Shown in pieces: positions 29,758 through 46,114 of a stretch of DNA of 64,000 bases. Made by a program: the position numbers and the translations under genes. Every line of letters begins with the position of its first letter. Position 1 is the first letter of the stretch. The stretch is from assembly GCF_009914755.1 (NCBI RefSeq), contig NC_060935.1, one strand, 5' to 3'. Below the pieces are notes generated by a model. It searched no databases and was not told the DNA's origin. It was given only the letters and a program-made list of their open reading frames with translations. This DNA comes from the human T2T-CHM13v2.0 reference genome, Homo sapiens.

Positions 29758-32046
29758 CTATTCTAAGTTTAAAGGACAAGCAGGACTTTTTCTCAAGTCC
29801 CAGAGTAGCGCACCCCAGTCCCAACACCAGGACTGAGCGTGCACCCCACTTCTAGCATCAGGACTGAGCGTGCTCTGACCTGTTTCCCTGAGCTGAGGAA
29901 GGGGCCGAAGAGCTGAGATAACTCCCAAGAAATTTCCAGGGAGGGATTTTCTGGGGCCAAGTCCTGGCCTGGCCCGGCCGGGCCTGTGTGAGCTCAGGGT
30001 CCTGCAGCCCCGGTGACTGGCCATCAATGCCCAAGCTGCAGGGACTCTCGAGGAAGTCCGAAAGACGCCACTGCCTCTCTACAGGCTGTTCTCAGGTGGC
30101 CAGGAGGACTGCATCGCAGAGGCGGCGGGCAGTGCCTGGGGACCAGCTTCCTGCCTCTGGCTCTGACTCAGACCTGGTGGCCTTGCCCAGCCCAGCCCCA
30201 CCCTCTCACTAAATCAAAGCCATGCCCTTCAGATGTGGTTTCCCAAGCCTCCCTTGGTTTCATGACTGCGAGGGACCTTCTGCAGCCACCTGGGCTGGTA
30301 CGTGGATGGGACCCTGTGACTGGAAGCCCCAACCCTGCAAAGGCAGTGAGTGTGCAACGTTGGGGGGCATGGCCGGCCACACACTTTCCTTAATGGGAAA
30401 CATTGCTCACTTCCAGACTTCCAGAGGCTGGCACCAGGGACTCGATTGTCACTGAGTAAGCTGTATGCAGCCCCTGTGCCCACCATGGCAAGACCCCTGC
30501 CGTCACCCACCTGACGGCTGCCCTGGCCCTGCCTCAGGAGGCTCCCTCGCCTCCAGCCACATGGGGGTGAGTCACCGTGAGTGTGCTGCGTCCTTCTGTT
30601 TTCTGAGGCAGGGCTGCAGCCCCTCATCTCTGGGGTGAAGCCCATGCTCTTTGCTTGGATTTGGGCATGGTCTGGGCCCTGTCCATCTCTTCAGCTCCTC
30701 CTGGCCCACCCTTGGCCTTGAGCAGCTGCTGTGACCCGGACATTCCCAGTGAGCACCGGCTCCTCCCCACTCTGGGGTCTCTGCACGGACTGTTACCACT
30801 GCCTGCAGCTACTGCTCCCTCTCCTCCTCCAAACCTTTGGCTTGTTTAGATTCCTCCTGTCCTTCCAGATGCAGCTAAGAGAGTCTCTCCTCGGGGTTGG
30901 AGGGGTCCTTAAACCCCCTTGCCCTGGCTGGGCCAGGGTCCTCCTCCCGGCTCCCTCAGCCTCCTGCACTGCACAGTCACCTTCCTCATCAAGAGGCGTC
31001 TGTGAGGCCACCCCCAGCCCTCGGCTGTGAGCTCTGGAGCAGGTGGACGGAGTCTGCTTTCCTCCTGGCCCCTCCCCAGGGCTTGGCCCAGAGTCCCTGA
31101 GATGCTTCAGGAACAATTGCATGAAACCTCTGTGGCATCCCTGACCTGAAAATGTCCGTCATTTGAGTGAAAACATGGAGAGAGAAAGGTCCTTACATAG
31201 ATCCCGACAAAGAGGGAGAGGGTGGCCGGGGACAAGCAGCCTCATCCCCTCTCACCCCCTGGCAGGGTGGCATGACCCACTTGGAGACCTTTCAGTAGGG
31301 ATGCCGGAGGCTTTCTGCAAAATTTGATTTGGTGAACTCCAGAAAAATGATAGACTAGAAAATCGCCCATGAAAGAACTCCTCGGAAGCACAGAGCTAAT
31401 TCCAGGCACTTCTCAAACTTGAACGAGTTCAACCAATAGATAAAACCATCAGGGCAACTAAAAAGACCGAGAATGGGCCTTGAGCCTGTCTCTGCAGAGA
31501 TGGGGGTGAGGGGACGTGCAAACCAGGGCCATCATCACAGGGGGCACTGGGCCGTGACTATGACAGTGTCCATCACAATGCCTTTTGCTTGAGGAATGCC
31601 ACACCTGACACTCTGACACTTTATCTTACAGAGTCTATAAAGAAATATGCACAAGCAGCATCATTCAGCAGGATTTCAGACCAGAAAGAACCCTCCCGTC
31701 AGAGACTGGTGGCCATACAAGGGTGCGCTGTGAAGCTTTCGAGACAGCAGACAGCCGGAGTCGTGATCAGGGTGGCCAGGAAGGGAAACAACACGGTAGC
31801 AACCAGAGTGCCCTCCCATGTGTGAGTTGCTGGGTTAGAATCCAGATTCTGCCATGTATGACCTGTGAGGACTTGGGCATAGTAACCTCTCTGGGCCTCG
31901 ATGTCCTCATCTGTAAAATGGGAACGTGCCACAGTGCTCTCAGAAGGCCAACATGAATCCATATGGGTGAAGAGCTGGGACAGTGTCCGGCGAGCAGGAC
32001 ACACCAGATCAGTGCTTGCTGCTGTTGTTGGTATTCACACATGTGA

Positions 32047-32340
<294 letters not shown>

Positions 32341-32804
32341 CACACATGTGATTTATACACAGGGCCCTTCTGCAAGATAGGCAAGCAGTGGTAGGAATGA
32401 CCACCTCTGGGAAGTAAGGATACAAAGAGGTGAGAGGGAGAACTTTTCTCTTTGAGCCTTTGGTACTAATTTTGCTATTGACTTGATTTTTACTGCAAAT
32501 AGGGATTCCTTTGGTGACGAATAAGCCAGTTGGTGTGCAGGGTGTTCACTGCAAGGCCCAGACAGGACTACAAGAGACCAGGACTGTCCTCAGTATGTGA
32601 TCTCTCTCTCCTCTGGCGTCAGCTCTACCCAGGAACGGATGTGAAGGCTGAAGCCCAGGCAAGGGCTCATAGTGTGGGGACCGTGCAGCTGGATTCATGT
32701 CCAGTGGAATTTGACACCATGGCCGTCATCATCATGTTTTGCCGTCATCAGCACAGACCTCTGAGCAGAAATGCCAGAACAATGTGGGGCCACCCTGGAG
32801 ATTT

Positions 32805-32958
32805 ATTTTATTTATTTTTTAAATTAAATTAAAATTGTTTTTAAGAGACGGGGTCTTGCTATGTTGCACAGGTTGATCTTGAACTTCTGGGCTCAAGCAA
32901 TCCTCCTGTCTTGGCCTCAGAGTGTTGGGATTACAGACCTAAGCCACCGCGCCCGGCC
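32805..32958 (-). mobile_element. Alu monomer (FLAM-like)
   Basis: Single left-arm-like unit; TSD tggagatttattt / tggagatgtattt. Confidence 0.8.
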
Positions 32959-34611
32959 TGGAGATGTATTTTAAACTGACATCTTGGGAGAAATAAAAGC
33001 CTTCCTTTTCCCTGTGTGTCGGTAGCGTAAGTAGTGAACTGGGAAGGATTTCTCGGGGCCCCTGCCCTGAGCTCCTAGACCTTCTCTCCCACGCCATGTT
33101 ACACAACAAAATCTGACTCTGAAAGATCAATTGGGTCCAGCTTGGGGTCTGATGGGCAGACGGGCTTAAGCAAAGCCCCCACTTGACTTCAAGAGAGGAG
33201 CTTGGGGCCCACATAGACATCGAGGCCTGCACAACGTAGCTAATTGGCCCTAACATTTTTCTTTCTTGAATTTTAAATCCTTTTAGCAACAGATTATACA
33301 ACAAAGGCTGAACTCATTGGGGCCGTCATTAGGCTGGCGGAAAACGCTGGCTTGGCTGTTCCTTGGCGAATCTCCTTACCGGGTTATTTAGAGGTGCCGT
33401 GTGTCTCTCTTGGGGACATGCACACAAATGTAAAGAATGTCTCTGAGCCACAATGACATTTTCATTAGCCGTGGCTCACAGAGGAGCCTTTCCTGGCAGT
33501 TCCAATCCGGAAGGTTCTTATCCTGCTCTCTGGCTTTCTTGCTCTGGGTGAAAGGCAGGCACCGTAATCCAAGCCAAACACCCCGACCTTTGACCCCCAC
33601 ATGGTGCTTGCTGTCAGGGTGGGGGTTCTTCTGGGGTGCATGTCTGAGGCCTGACTGGGCTGCACACTGTCCCAGAGTGCCCTGCCTTTGGCCAGGACAA
33701 TTCACCTCAGCCCCTTTTGTCCCAACAGCTTTTGATCTTGCCTGCCTGTCACCCAGGGAAAGAGCCTGCCTAGGCCCTGTCCCACACCTGCCTGCAAACT
33801 GACAGCCATGGCTCCCCCAGCCCCACTGCAGCAGCCTTAACCCTTTCTCTGCCTGACCTGCAGGGCCTGCACCTACCTGTCTCCAGGGTGCTGGGGCCTC
33901 AGGCTTTGGCCAAACCAGAACAGGACTAGAAAAGAATTCTTCTGAGGGTCCAAGGCCTCGTCCTACCGCCCCTACTGTGAGTGTGGGACTGACAAAGGAG
34001 TTTGGAGAGCATGAGTCCCCTAGAATGGAGCTCCCAGGAAAAGCCAAAGAGAAAGCCCCAGGCCACTGGGCCTGGACTTCGCCCCACGGCAAGGTCCCCG
34101 CCCACTGGCTAGGCAGGTGCTTTTGTGAAACTGACATTTTCTCAGCTGCACCTCTACCGCTGCTGATGAGCTTTTCAATACACTCTTTCTTGTATTGAGA
34201 CAGAGCCATGTTTTCATAACTTGGCACTACAGCAAAGAAAGACATGGGGTCCTTGCTGCTCAGTCCTGGTGCCCGGCCCAGTGTCTGGGGTGCCCACCTT
34301 GCCCAGCGTGTGCTGGGCATGCAGGGGCACTTCCCTAGGGCCAAAACCTGGGAGCTTTCCTCCAGGCCAAGACGCAAGTCTCTTTGTTTTTACGGTAGCT
34401 TTGTTGAAATGTAATTTACATACCATGAAATTCACCCGTTGAAGGCATGCAATTTAGAAGGTTTTATTCATAGAGTTGTATGAATTCTCTATTTCCCAAG
34501 GCCATTTTTTTAAATATAAGGGTAATCTATGTTCACTGTGGAAAATACAAACAATTCAGAAAATATACCATGAAAAGTGCACATCCTGTTAATCCATTTA
34601 TTCAGAAACTG

Positions 34612-35080
<469 letters not shown>

Positions 35081-36145
35081 TAGGCCATTATGTAGCAGGC
35101 TAGCAGGGCCTAACAATTTCCAGTGTGGATTCCTTCAGCCCATTCCCCGACGCGTTGCAAGCACACACCTGCATCTAACACACAGGCTGCTCCGCCATTT
35201 GCTCTGTCGGGAGCAGAACGTCGTGGACACTTTGTGCGACAGTGCCCAGGCCACTGCTCCATCCCTTTCACAGCTAAAGTGGGACTCCACTGTCCTCCAG
35301 TTAATTCAGTGACTCCTGTGGGGGTTGCCGCATGGATTCTATTTAATATCAGTGCAAACTAGGGTGGCACTGAATATTCTTGTTCTCTTATGTGTGTGCA
35401 CTTGGAAAGTGCCAGAGAGGGCAGGAGGCAGATCCCATATACACTCCAACATATTATCTTCCCCCCCTTTCCTTTCCCTCTCCCTGCCTTCTGTCTCCCC
35501 CTTTCCCTCTCTTCCTTTCCCCCAGCCCCCCATGTACAGCAGCTGCAGCTTCCCAGGATCCTTTTCTGCCTGGGACCACGAGCTGGGGGCTGCACGAGCC
35601 CTGCGTCATTTTCCGGCCCTCCTAGATGAGCAGTGGGCTCTGAAGGAGCTGAGCAGCCTGAGAGAGGACATCTAGTGCTCAGGAGGAGGAGGAGGAGGAT
35701 GCCACCTCAAAACGCCCTCAAAAGGGCCAGAACCCCAGACTTGGAACTGGAACTGTCCATCTTTGTCCCGGGATGTAACCCCATCTTTGGCCCCTGGAAT
35801 GGGGAAAGAACAGGAAAGCCACAGAAGCCAGAGCCCCAGGGACCCACCCTGGAGTCCCATGTACCCAGAGGTGCCAGTCCATCTGGGAAGATGCCCCAGG
35901 AGGGGAGTTTCCTCACCACAAACCTCTTGCAAAAATGCCCTAAAAATGTCAGAACCTACTTTCCTTCCCAAAAGAGAGTTCGTTGAGAGCCGTTGAGCAT
36001 CTGTGTCTATAAATCTTCCACTGGGATGGCTGTGCAGGGTGCCACCCTCTCAAGGTGGCCTCAGGAGAATGTGTTCAAGCCCCTGGAGGTCCACTGTATG
36101 ACCGAAGTCTGACAGATAGCCCCGCGGCTCTTACACACACCCAGG

Positions 36146-36310
36146 GCCACTGACGCCCACCTAGGGCCACCGATACCTACATAGAGGCCACTGACACCCA
36201 CCTGGAGGCCACTGATGCCCACTTGGGGACCACTGATGTTCACATGGAGCCACTGACACCTACCTGGAGGCCACTTAGACCCACCTGGGGCCACTGATGC
36301 CCACCTGGAG
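36146..36310. repeat. ~21-bp minisatellite, 8 units, consensus GCCACTGA(C/T)(A/G)CCCACCTGGAG
   Basis: Recurrent gccactga...cacctggag units. Confidence 0.9.
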
Positions 36311-36541
36311 ACCCCACTTGCAGTAGGGCTCCCCCAGGCTGCCGCCTGGCCACCTCCTCAGAAGGTGCATGGTGTGAGCACCAAGGGACCCTGCCTTCTT
36401 CATGATGAGCACCCCAGGCTCCAGTGGCATCCAAATGTCTGTCAAGATTCTCCAGGCAAGCCCGTGGTCTGCCAACTATGGAAATTACTGCCTTAGGCCA
36501 TCTGTGAGACGAAAGTACAGTCTCATAACTCCTCCACTAAC

Positions 36542-36945
<404 letters not shown>

Positions 36946-38757
36946 TGAGGTCACGAGGATGCAATGCACAGCACATCCTTCTAGGCATTTTATAAATATT
37001 GACTCATTTAATCCTTATAACCCAGGGGTAAGGACTTTTAATAGCCCCATTTCAGAGATGAGAAAACAAAGGCACAGAGAGGCAGAGCAACTTGCCTGCA
37101 ATTCTCAGCAGCTGAGGGGCAGAGCCAGGATTGACAGCAGGGAGCTGAGTTCCTGACCACCAGGCTCTGCCACCTCTCTCTGAACTACTTATCACCCAGC
37201 TTTAAGGACAATTACGAAGACTGTGTGTTGGATGGGGAAGAGGTCATGATAAGATAAGGGAAAAAAGTAGCAGTGGACATTGTATATATAAACAGGAGAC
37301 AAAGTATACACATATTTTTATATAAAAAAAGATGACATGCATATATCACCTGGGGCATGTCCTGGTGGGGAGCAGACACACAGCATAAGACACCAGAGTG
37401 ATTAGCGTGGAGGAATGGGGCGGGCAGTGACTGACCCCATTGTCTGACAACAAAAATAACTCATTTCCCCATGAATGGGTTTCCTAAAAGTGTCACTTCA
37501 CAATTCCTTTCGGATTCTCCAGGCTTACTCAGGTGCTTGCCATGGGAGTGAAGGCAGCCCATTATCCAGGGACAGAGGGACAGCATTCCCGCCTGTCCTG
37601 TGCTTTGATGCTCAGAATGCATCACCTGAAAGAAAAACGGCATTTCTCTGGGCAGGCTGGAACGTCCGGAGGGTAACCAGACCCGTGTAAAGAAATGCTG
37701 TGGCCTCCATGTGACAAGGCAGGCGGGAGCTCAGCGGCTCAGGCCAGCTCCTGGTCGGCCCTGGGTAATTCTGTCTAGGCATTTCCCGGAGCCTCAGAAA
37801 CTCCTGAAGCACCAAGGCTCCTGGGACCCGGGCCATGGGGCAACTGACCTTGCACCAAGACAGGGATGACTCCACACCCTGCTAAGCGAATGCGTATGAA
37901 AATGCTTCCTGATGGGCTGGCAGCTTCAGGACGTGAAGGGGATTAAGGCAACGGTCCCTACAGATGGGAAATCAAACAGATATTCTAGCAGATCCAACCT
38001 ACAAAGGATGCTGCAGCCACCAGCACTGTTTACAACGGGTTTGAAGAGTCTGGGGACACTTCTGTCCCAGCTGCTGGTGCACGGTGCAGAAAGGAAGATT
38101 TGAAGGCGGCCTTGCCCCCCTGAATGAGTACCCGCACAGTCCTTGACAAGGTGACCATGGCACAGAGCTTCAGAAGTCCCACCCCGGCCTCACCCTGACC
38201 TGTCCTGTGACCTCTCTGTGCCTCAGTTTCCCCACCACACTTACTTCATGGGTTTTTGTGATGATAAAATCTTTAGAACTGCTCAAGCATGTATTAAATA
38301 TTCAAATAACTCAACGTAGACTGGAACTCAAAGGGCAGAGAGGCTGAGCCACCGGCCCAGGTTATCAGTTGTAGCTCTGTATCTGTGTGGGCCATTCATT
38401 GATTCGGTGTCCCAGCAAGAGTGAGCAACACTGGACCCCCAGTTACTGGGCTGCAGCAGGAGCTCCCCCAGAGAGCTCATGGCAGCTAAAAACGTCCCAG
38501 CACACATCTTGCCAGTAAGAAAATATCTGCGAAGAATACATGGATTCATTGCTATTTTTTACTCAAATTTATTTGAAAGCCAACTCTGAACCTTCATCGT
38601 CAGTAAAGACCAGCATTACTTACTCTAATTCAAATGTAACTGTAAAAATAAATTTGACCAAATAGTATTTTCAAATGCCAACTAAATGCCAGGCTGAGAC
38701 ACGGGCACCTGCTCTTGTTCGGGTAAGGGGCGAGCAGCAGGTGTTGGGGAGGGGTCA

Positions 38758-39205
<448 letters not shown>

Positions 39206-40539
39206 TCATCCCATTTAGAGTAGTGGGAGAGGGCCTCATCGCACCAGCAGATGCCAGTTGGCTCAGGCCTCCGGTGCTGGGGACATCTGCTTCTCTTGGA
39301 CTTTGGATCTTCTGGGGTGTGAGGGGACCCGGGCCACCCTTCCCTCTCTGACAGAGGATATCTGCTCTCTCGGCCAAGCTGCCTGCAGGCCCCCGGCCCA
39401 GTCAGCTTCGCCTTCTGGCGGCAATGTGCCAGGCCCTGGGCCTACAGGCTGGGATTGGGAGAGTAGAAAGCCAGACAAGCGTCCGAGCTGCGGGCTGGGA
39501 TCCCTGAGGACATGAGCCTGGGTTCTGCTGCTGCCCTGCTGCAAAGCAAAGGGTGAGGGGGCACTTGAGCTGGGCTGGGGCCTCCTGCAGCTGCTCCCAC
39601 CTCCCTTCTCAGGAGTTTTCTCCCTCACCCCCTTACCCGGTTCCTTATTTATAGTAGACATCAGAGGCCCAGAGAGGTCAGGAGACTTGGAAAGTTCACA
39701 CAGCAGGCAATAAGACCCAAGAGGCTCAACCCCTCACCTCCAGGCTGGGTTCTTTAGATTTAACGATCACAGCTCCAATGATCTGGACTGTGGGGAGATC
39801 ACACTGGATCCCCCAACACCAGGTTCAGAGGTGGAGTTGGCCACAGACGGCTGAACAACACGCTCAGTCTCATGGGCAGGAAGTGGGTGTAGGATTCGAA
39901 CTCAGGCCTGCTCTCACACCTCTGTCCTCCACCCGTGGGCTCACCCCCATCCGTCAGCCTTTTGCTGGCATCCACACCAAAGCATCACAGCCACCCACCC
40001 TGGGCTGCTGGGCAGGAGGGGGATCAGTGGAGCCCACTGCTTCCCACCTCAGAGCACTCTGCATTCCAGCCTTCCCACCCCCATTTTTCTGGCTTTAAAA
40101 AGATGCTGCGGTCTTCAAGAAACCGTTTATCTTCAAAGCTGGGGTAGAGAAAAGGCTCCAGAGGGGCCGAGTGTGTGTTGTGAGCGGCTGGGAGGACATC
40201 ACTTAAGGCCCTTAAATGACGACTAATTGGAACCCGGGCGGCTACTTTCAAGGGGCCAAGTGGAGCTGCATTGTGAGCTCGGCAGGCGGAGGATGCCGAC
40301 GCGGTCGCGGTTAGGGGAGGGCGGTCGGGGTGGCGGTCGGAACCGCATCCTCTTCCCAGGCTGGGGAAGCCCGATCTGGCACGGCCGAGGGCCCCACAGC
40401 CCTGCTGAGTGGTGTTTACAGCCCCAAGTCCCGCTTCCTGGCTTTGGTTTGAGAAACGGAGAGAACCCCTGGGTCCGGCCCACTGGGCTGGGCTCTCCGG
40501 CCGGCCCTGCTGGGATGGAGATTAGAATCAGATCAATTT

Positions 40540-41230
<691 letters not shown>

Positions 41231-41809
41231 ATGGGTTTTGTGGGGAGACGATTAGACCTGCATTCTCTCATCTGGCTCCCATGGTGCCCGTCTCCTCCCC
41301 CAAATTGTGGCGGTGATTCTCTCCCACACAACGGCCCTGCAGAGGAGGCTCGCGAGCCTCGTCGGCACAGTTTTCCTTTTACAGATGGAGAAACCAAGGC
41401 ACAGAGGCCCTGCTGTCAGCCGCTAGCACAGGCAGCTCGGCTATATGAGAAGGGACGAGGATCCCCTTCCACAGATGGGGACAATGAATCACTGGGGGCT
41501 TCAGGAACCCGCTGTCCAGCAGCCACGGCTGTCGGGCTCCAAGCCTGGGCACTGCCCACCACCCCACGCGACTGCCCCACCCCAGGAAGGCTCGTGGCTT
41601 CAGCGGATTGTAGACTGGACAGACGTGGGGGTGTTTAGTGCCTGAGTTAGGCTGAGTTGTGAATTCATGAGGTATAACAACAGGGACCAGGGGCCAAAAT
41701 ATGTGATCTGGTCTTCAGTCAGGCAGAACCTGATACGGAGCCTTGGACAAGACACTTCCCCTCTCTGGGCCTCAGTTTACCCAACTGGAAAAGTAGGGAG
41801 CCTCTAGGT

Positions 41810-42226
41810 CAGCACTGTTCAATAACCATGGCTGTGTGTGGTGATTGAGGACTTGAAATTTGGCTGGTGTGACTGAGGAACTGAATCTTTCATTTTACCA
41901 TATCTTAATGAACTAAATTTTAGTTTTAAAAACAGATGCTCTAGGTGGGCATGGTGGCTCACACCTGTAATTCCTTCGCTTTCGGAGGCTGAGGCGACAG
42001 GATCTTTTGAGCCCAGGAGTTTGAGACCAGCCTGAAACCCTGTCTCTAGAAAAAATACAAAAACATTAGCCGAGTGTGGTGATGTGGGCCTGTGGTCCCA
42101 GCTACTCAGGAGGCTGAGGTGGGAGGATCACCCAAACCTGGGAAGTCAAGGCTGCAGTGAGCCGAGCTGTGATCACATCCCTGCACCCCAGCCTGGATAA
42201 CAGAGTGAGACCCTGTCTCTAAATAA

Positions 42227-42270
<44 letters not shown>

Positions 42271-42650
42271 AAAACGGATGCTCAATTTAGTTACTGGAAA
42301 ATTTTTATGTAGGTTTGGAACAACTTGGGTTTGTGAATCTACTTTTTCAACCACAGATTTATGAAATTTATATCTGAGATCTAGGATATATATCTGAGCA
42401 GATATATCTGAAGAAAATTTAGCATCTGAATTGGGATGTTTTATAGCACTGGATTTCGAAGACTTAGTACCCAAAAAAGAATGTAAAATAGCTCATTAGG
42501 GTTTTTTTATTGATGACATTCTGAAATGATCGCGTTTTGCATGTATTGGGTTAATTAAAATATTATTCAAATTAATTTCACCTATTTCTTTTCACTTATT
42601 TAAATGTGGTTTTTAGAAAATGGAGAAATGACATATTCTAATTGGAATGG
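41810..42650. mobile_element. MER33/Charlie1-type hAT DNA element interrupted by an AluJ (41941-42270) with an (AT)n tail
   Basis: gtgactgaggaactgaat..., ggatttcgaagacttagtac...; Alu TSD aaaaac(a/g)gatgctc. Confidence 0.7.
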
Positions 42651-43264
42651 TCTAGATCCATGATTTGCATTTCAGATGTTGCAGGAGTTAAGGATTTATT
42701 GTGTTTTCCAGGCAGGCTTTTGCAGCCTGGTGCACACAGTAGGTGTATCCTGTCTTCCAGGTGCATACAGTAGGCATCCAGCAATTCTCAGAGAGAGCTC
42801 TGGTGGCTGTCTGCAGGAGGTTGGAGGGGGTGATGCCGTGGTCAGGTCCAGGCAGTGCTGCTCTTCTCACCCGGCCCAACAACACCTGTACTTGTGTTTC
42901 CAGAGTGTGTTTAGCGGGGTCACTAAATGATTTATCACCCAACCCAGGACAGTGGAAGAGGGTGCGAGGAGCCCATGCACTGACTGGGGCTCTCCTGAGC
43001 AGACCAGGATGTAAGGTCCTCTGTGACTAAGCCATGTCAGCCATCAAACCACAACCACTATGTCCCCACCCCAGCGGGAGCAGTCTTGGACCCCACTCCC
43101 ACCTGATGTCCTCCAGAAATGACTCAATTCTTTGAACCATTGTGACAAAGAACATGGTTCATGGTCTCAGTTATCTCTTGCTGCATAACAAACCACCCCA
43201 AAGGAGAGTGGCTAACAAACCACAATTTAGCATTTAGAAAACCAAACCAAAGCAAAACTATTTA

Positions 43265-43390
43265 CAGTTGGCTTTCTGTATCCATGGGTTCTGTATCCAT
43301 GGACTCAACCAACTTGGATCAAAAATATTTTTTTAAAAAAGGATGATTGCATCTCTACTGAGCATGAACAGACTTTCTTTTTTTAATACA
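43265..43390 (+). mobile_element. MER2-like (Tigger) end fragment
   Basis: ta|cagttggctttctgtatccatgggttctgtatccatggactcaaccaac. Confidence 0.65.
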
Positions 43391-43823
43391 TGATTAATGT
43401 ATATTTATTAGAGAGCAAATTCACGAAACTCTCCACACTGAATACAGATTGATTATGGTGACTTAGCAGAGTTGTCCATTTGGGGCCTAGTGAGGAGTAG
43501 TAGAGATTTCTCCTTGTCTTCTTAGAGGATGTTTCAGAAGGAAATTTGTAAAAAGCGGTAGTGCCTACAAGAGCCTGGCCTTGGATGTTCTCATTGGAGG
43601 TGAGTTGGTATGTCAGAGTTTTTGATCTGTCTGAGTAGAGAAAAAGGAACTGGAGAGTGATAGAAAGATTGATGGAATGAGGGAGATCAGTGGAGCAGCA
43701 GACATGCCCAGTCTTTGGCATGGTAAGGATGCCTGTATCCAGAACTAGCTACATAACTAGCTACATTTTCATGGCTCAATGCAAAATGAAATTGTGGGGC
43801 CTCTTGTTAAAAAACAATCAAGT

Positions 43824-44426
<603 letters not shown>

Positions 44427-44709
44427 TCTTCGTCACAGAAACAGACCTGGGGGACAAGTCTTGAATGGGCTGGGCCAGAACCAGGCCCTCTCTGTGGAAT
44501 ATCTCATTCAATCCCTAAACAGCCCAGGCAGGCTGGCTTGGCCACGTTATCTACTTTAAGATAGAGGGAGGCTGAGCACGTGGTCCGAGGTCCCTAGTCC
44601 AAGGCTGCACCAGGACTGCCTGAGCCTGCATCTCGTGTTCATCACTGGGCCCTCGTCCCACACCAATGAACAGCAAGCAGGTGAGGAGGTGACTTCAAAA
44701 CACAGGTTG

Positions 44710-45003
<294 letters not shown>

Positions 45004-46114
45004 TTCCAGAGGGTAACCGCTATAAAACCTCTCCACTCGTGCTACATAGGTGTTTCTCTAAGCACTGTATGAGCATCCAATGTTCACCCTCATGGTGCCC
45101 GGTTGAGATTGGTGCTCCATTCTACAGATGGGGAAACTGAGGCACCGAGAATCAGGATAGTTGACTTAAGAGCCCATGGCAAAGGGAGTCCATCTCTGTT
45201 TCCACGTGGGCCTCACACCTCTTAGAGGCAAGAGTGGCAGTGAAGGGAGCTGTGGTCCCCAGCTGTCCTGCTTCACTGCTGGCCTCCCTCCAGCTTCTGC
45301 CTCCTGACCAGCTCCCTGGGTTGCCCAGACCCCTCCAGGCTGACTCACCTGGCCCTGGGCTTGGGGCCAAGTCTCTCTCTGCCTAGAAACTTCTGGCCAG
45401 AGCAGCCTGCAAGCGCATACCCTGGGAAGCCTCAGGAACTAACGGCAGGTGGGAGCCAGCGGCCGACCCCCAAGCCCTGAGGCAGCCACCCTGCTCAATG
45501 TCATCCTTAAGAGTCCAGGGGCACAGGCCAGTCCTCCCGCCGAAATGGAATAGTCCTCCTGGGAGAGAGGCCCCCTTTCAGCATGCACACCACGCCCCCA
45601 GCAGCCCTCGCGGGCAGCATCGCCTTGCCACTGCCCCAGCTCTGCTTTGCTGTGACTCCCGCTTAAGATATCAAAGCTGCGGGGCCACAATGCCCCACTG
45701 AAAGCTGAGTCACCCAGGTTTTGTGACACCACCAAATCCCTCCTGCTGTCTCGCTCTGAGCCCAGGGCTCCTAGTGCCAGATGAAAAGGAAATCCCCAGC
45801 CACGGGTGGGACAGGGAGGCCTGGCGGGGCCGGTGCCACATAAAGGGGCCTTGTTCCGAAATCAAAAGGGCCTGAACAAAGAGCAGAGAGAAGAAAGGGC
45901 TGGGGCTGGGTGGGGGGCAGCTGCAGTCTGGCGCACCTTGAATGGCTCGGTGTGCCAGGTCGGCCCACCTCTCCTGGCTGGCAAAGCAGCCCCTCCTCCA
46001 CCACCTCCCTGGCAGCCCTGGGCTTTTTCCAGAACCCCTGCTGCAGGAGGAAGGGAGGGACAAGGTTGGGGTCACACATGGAGCCAAGTAGCAGAGCCTG
46101 GGACCCACAGGCTG

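Noticed and set aside
30566-30576. Palindromic AP-1 site GGTGAGTCACC
   Set aside because: A single 7-mer with no supporting cluster; expected by chance in 64 kb.
33388-34377. 329-aa minus-strand ORF
   Set aside because: No recognisable domain or exon structure and a non-ATG start; plausible by chance in GC-rich DNA. A homology or Ribo-seq search would be needed to revive it.
36146-36310. CRISPR-like appearance of the short repeat arrays (also 13879-14043)
   Set aside because: Head-to-tail degenerate tandem units without unique spacers, eukaryotic context, no cas genes.
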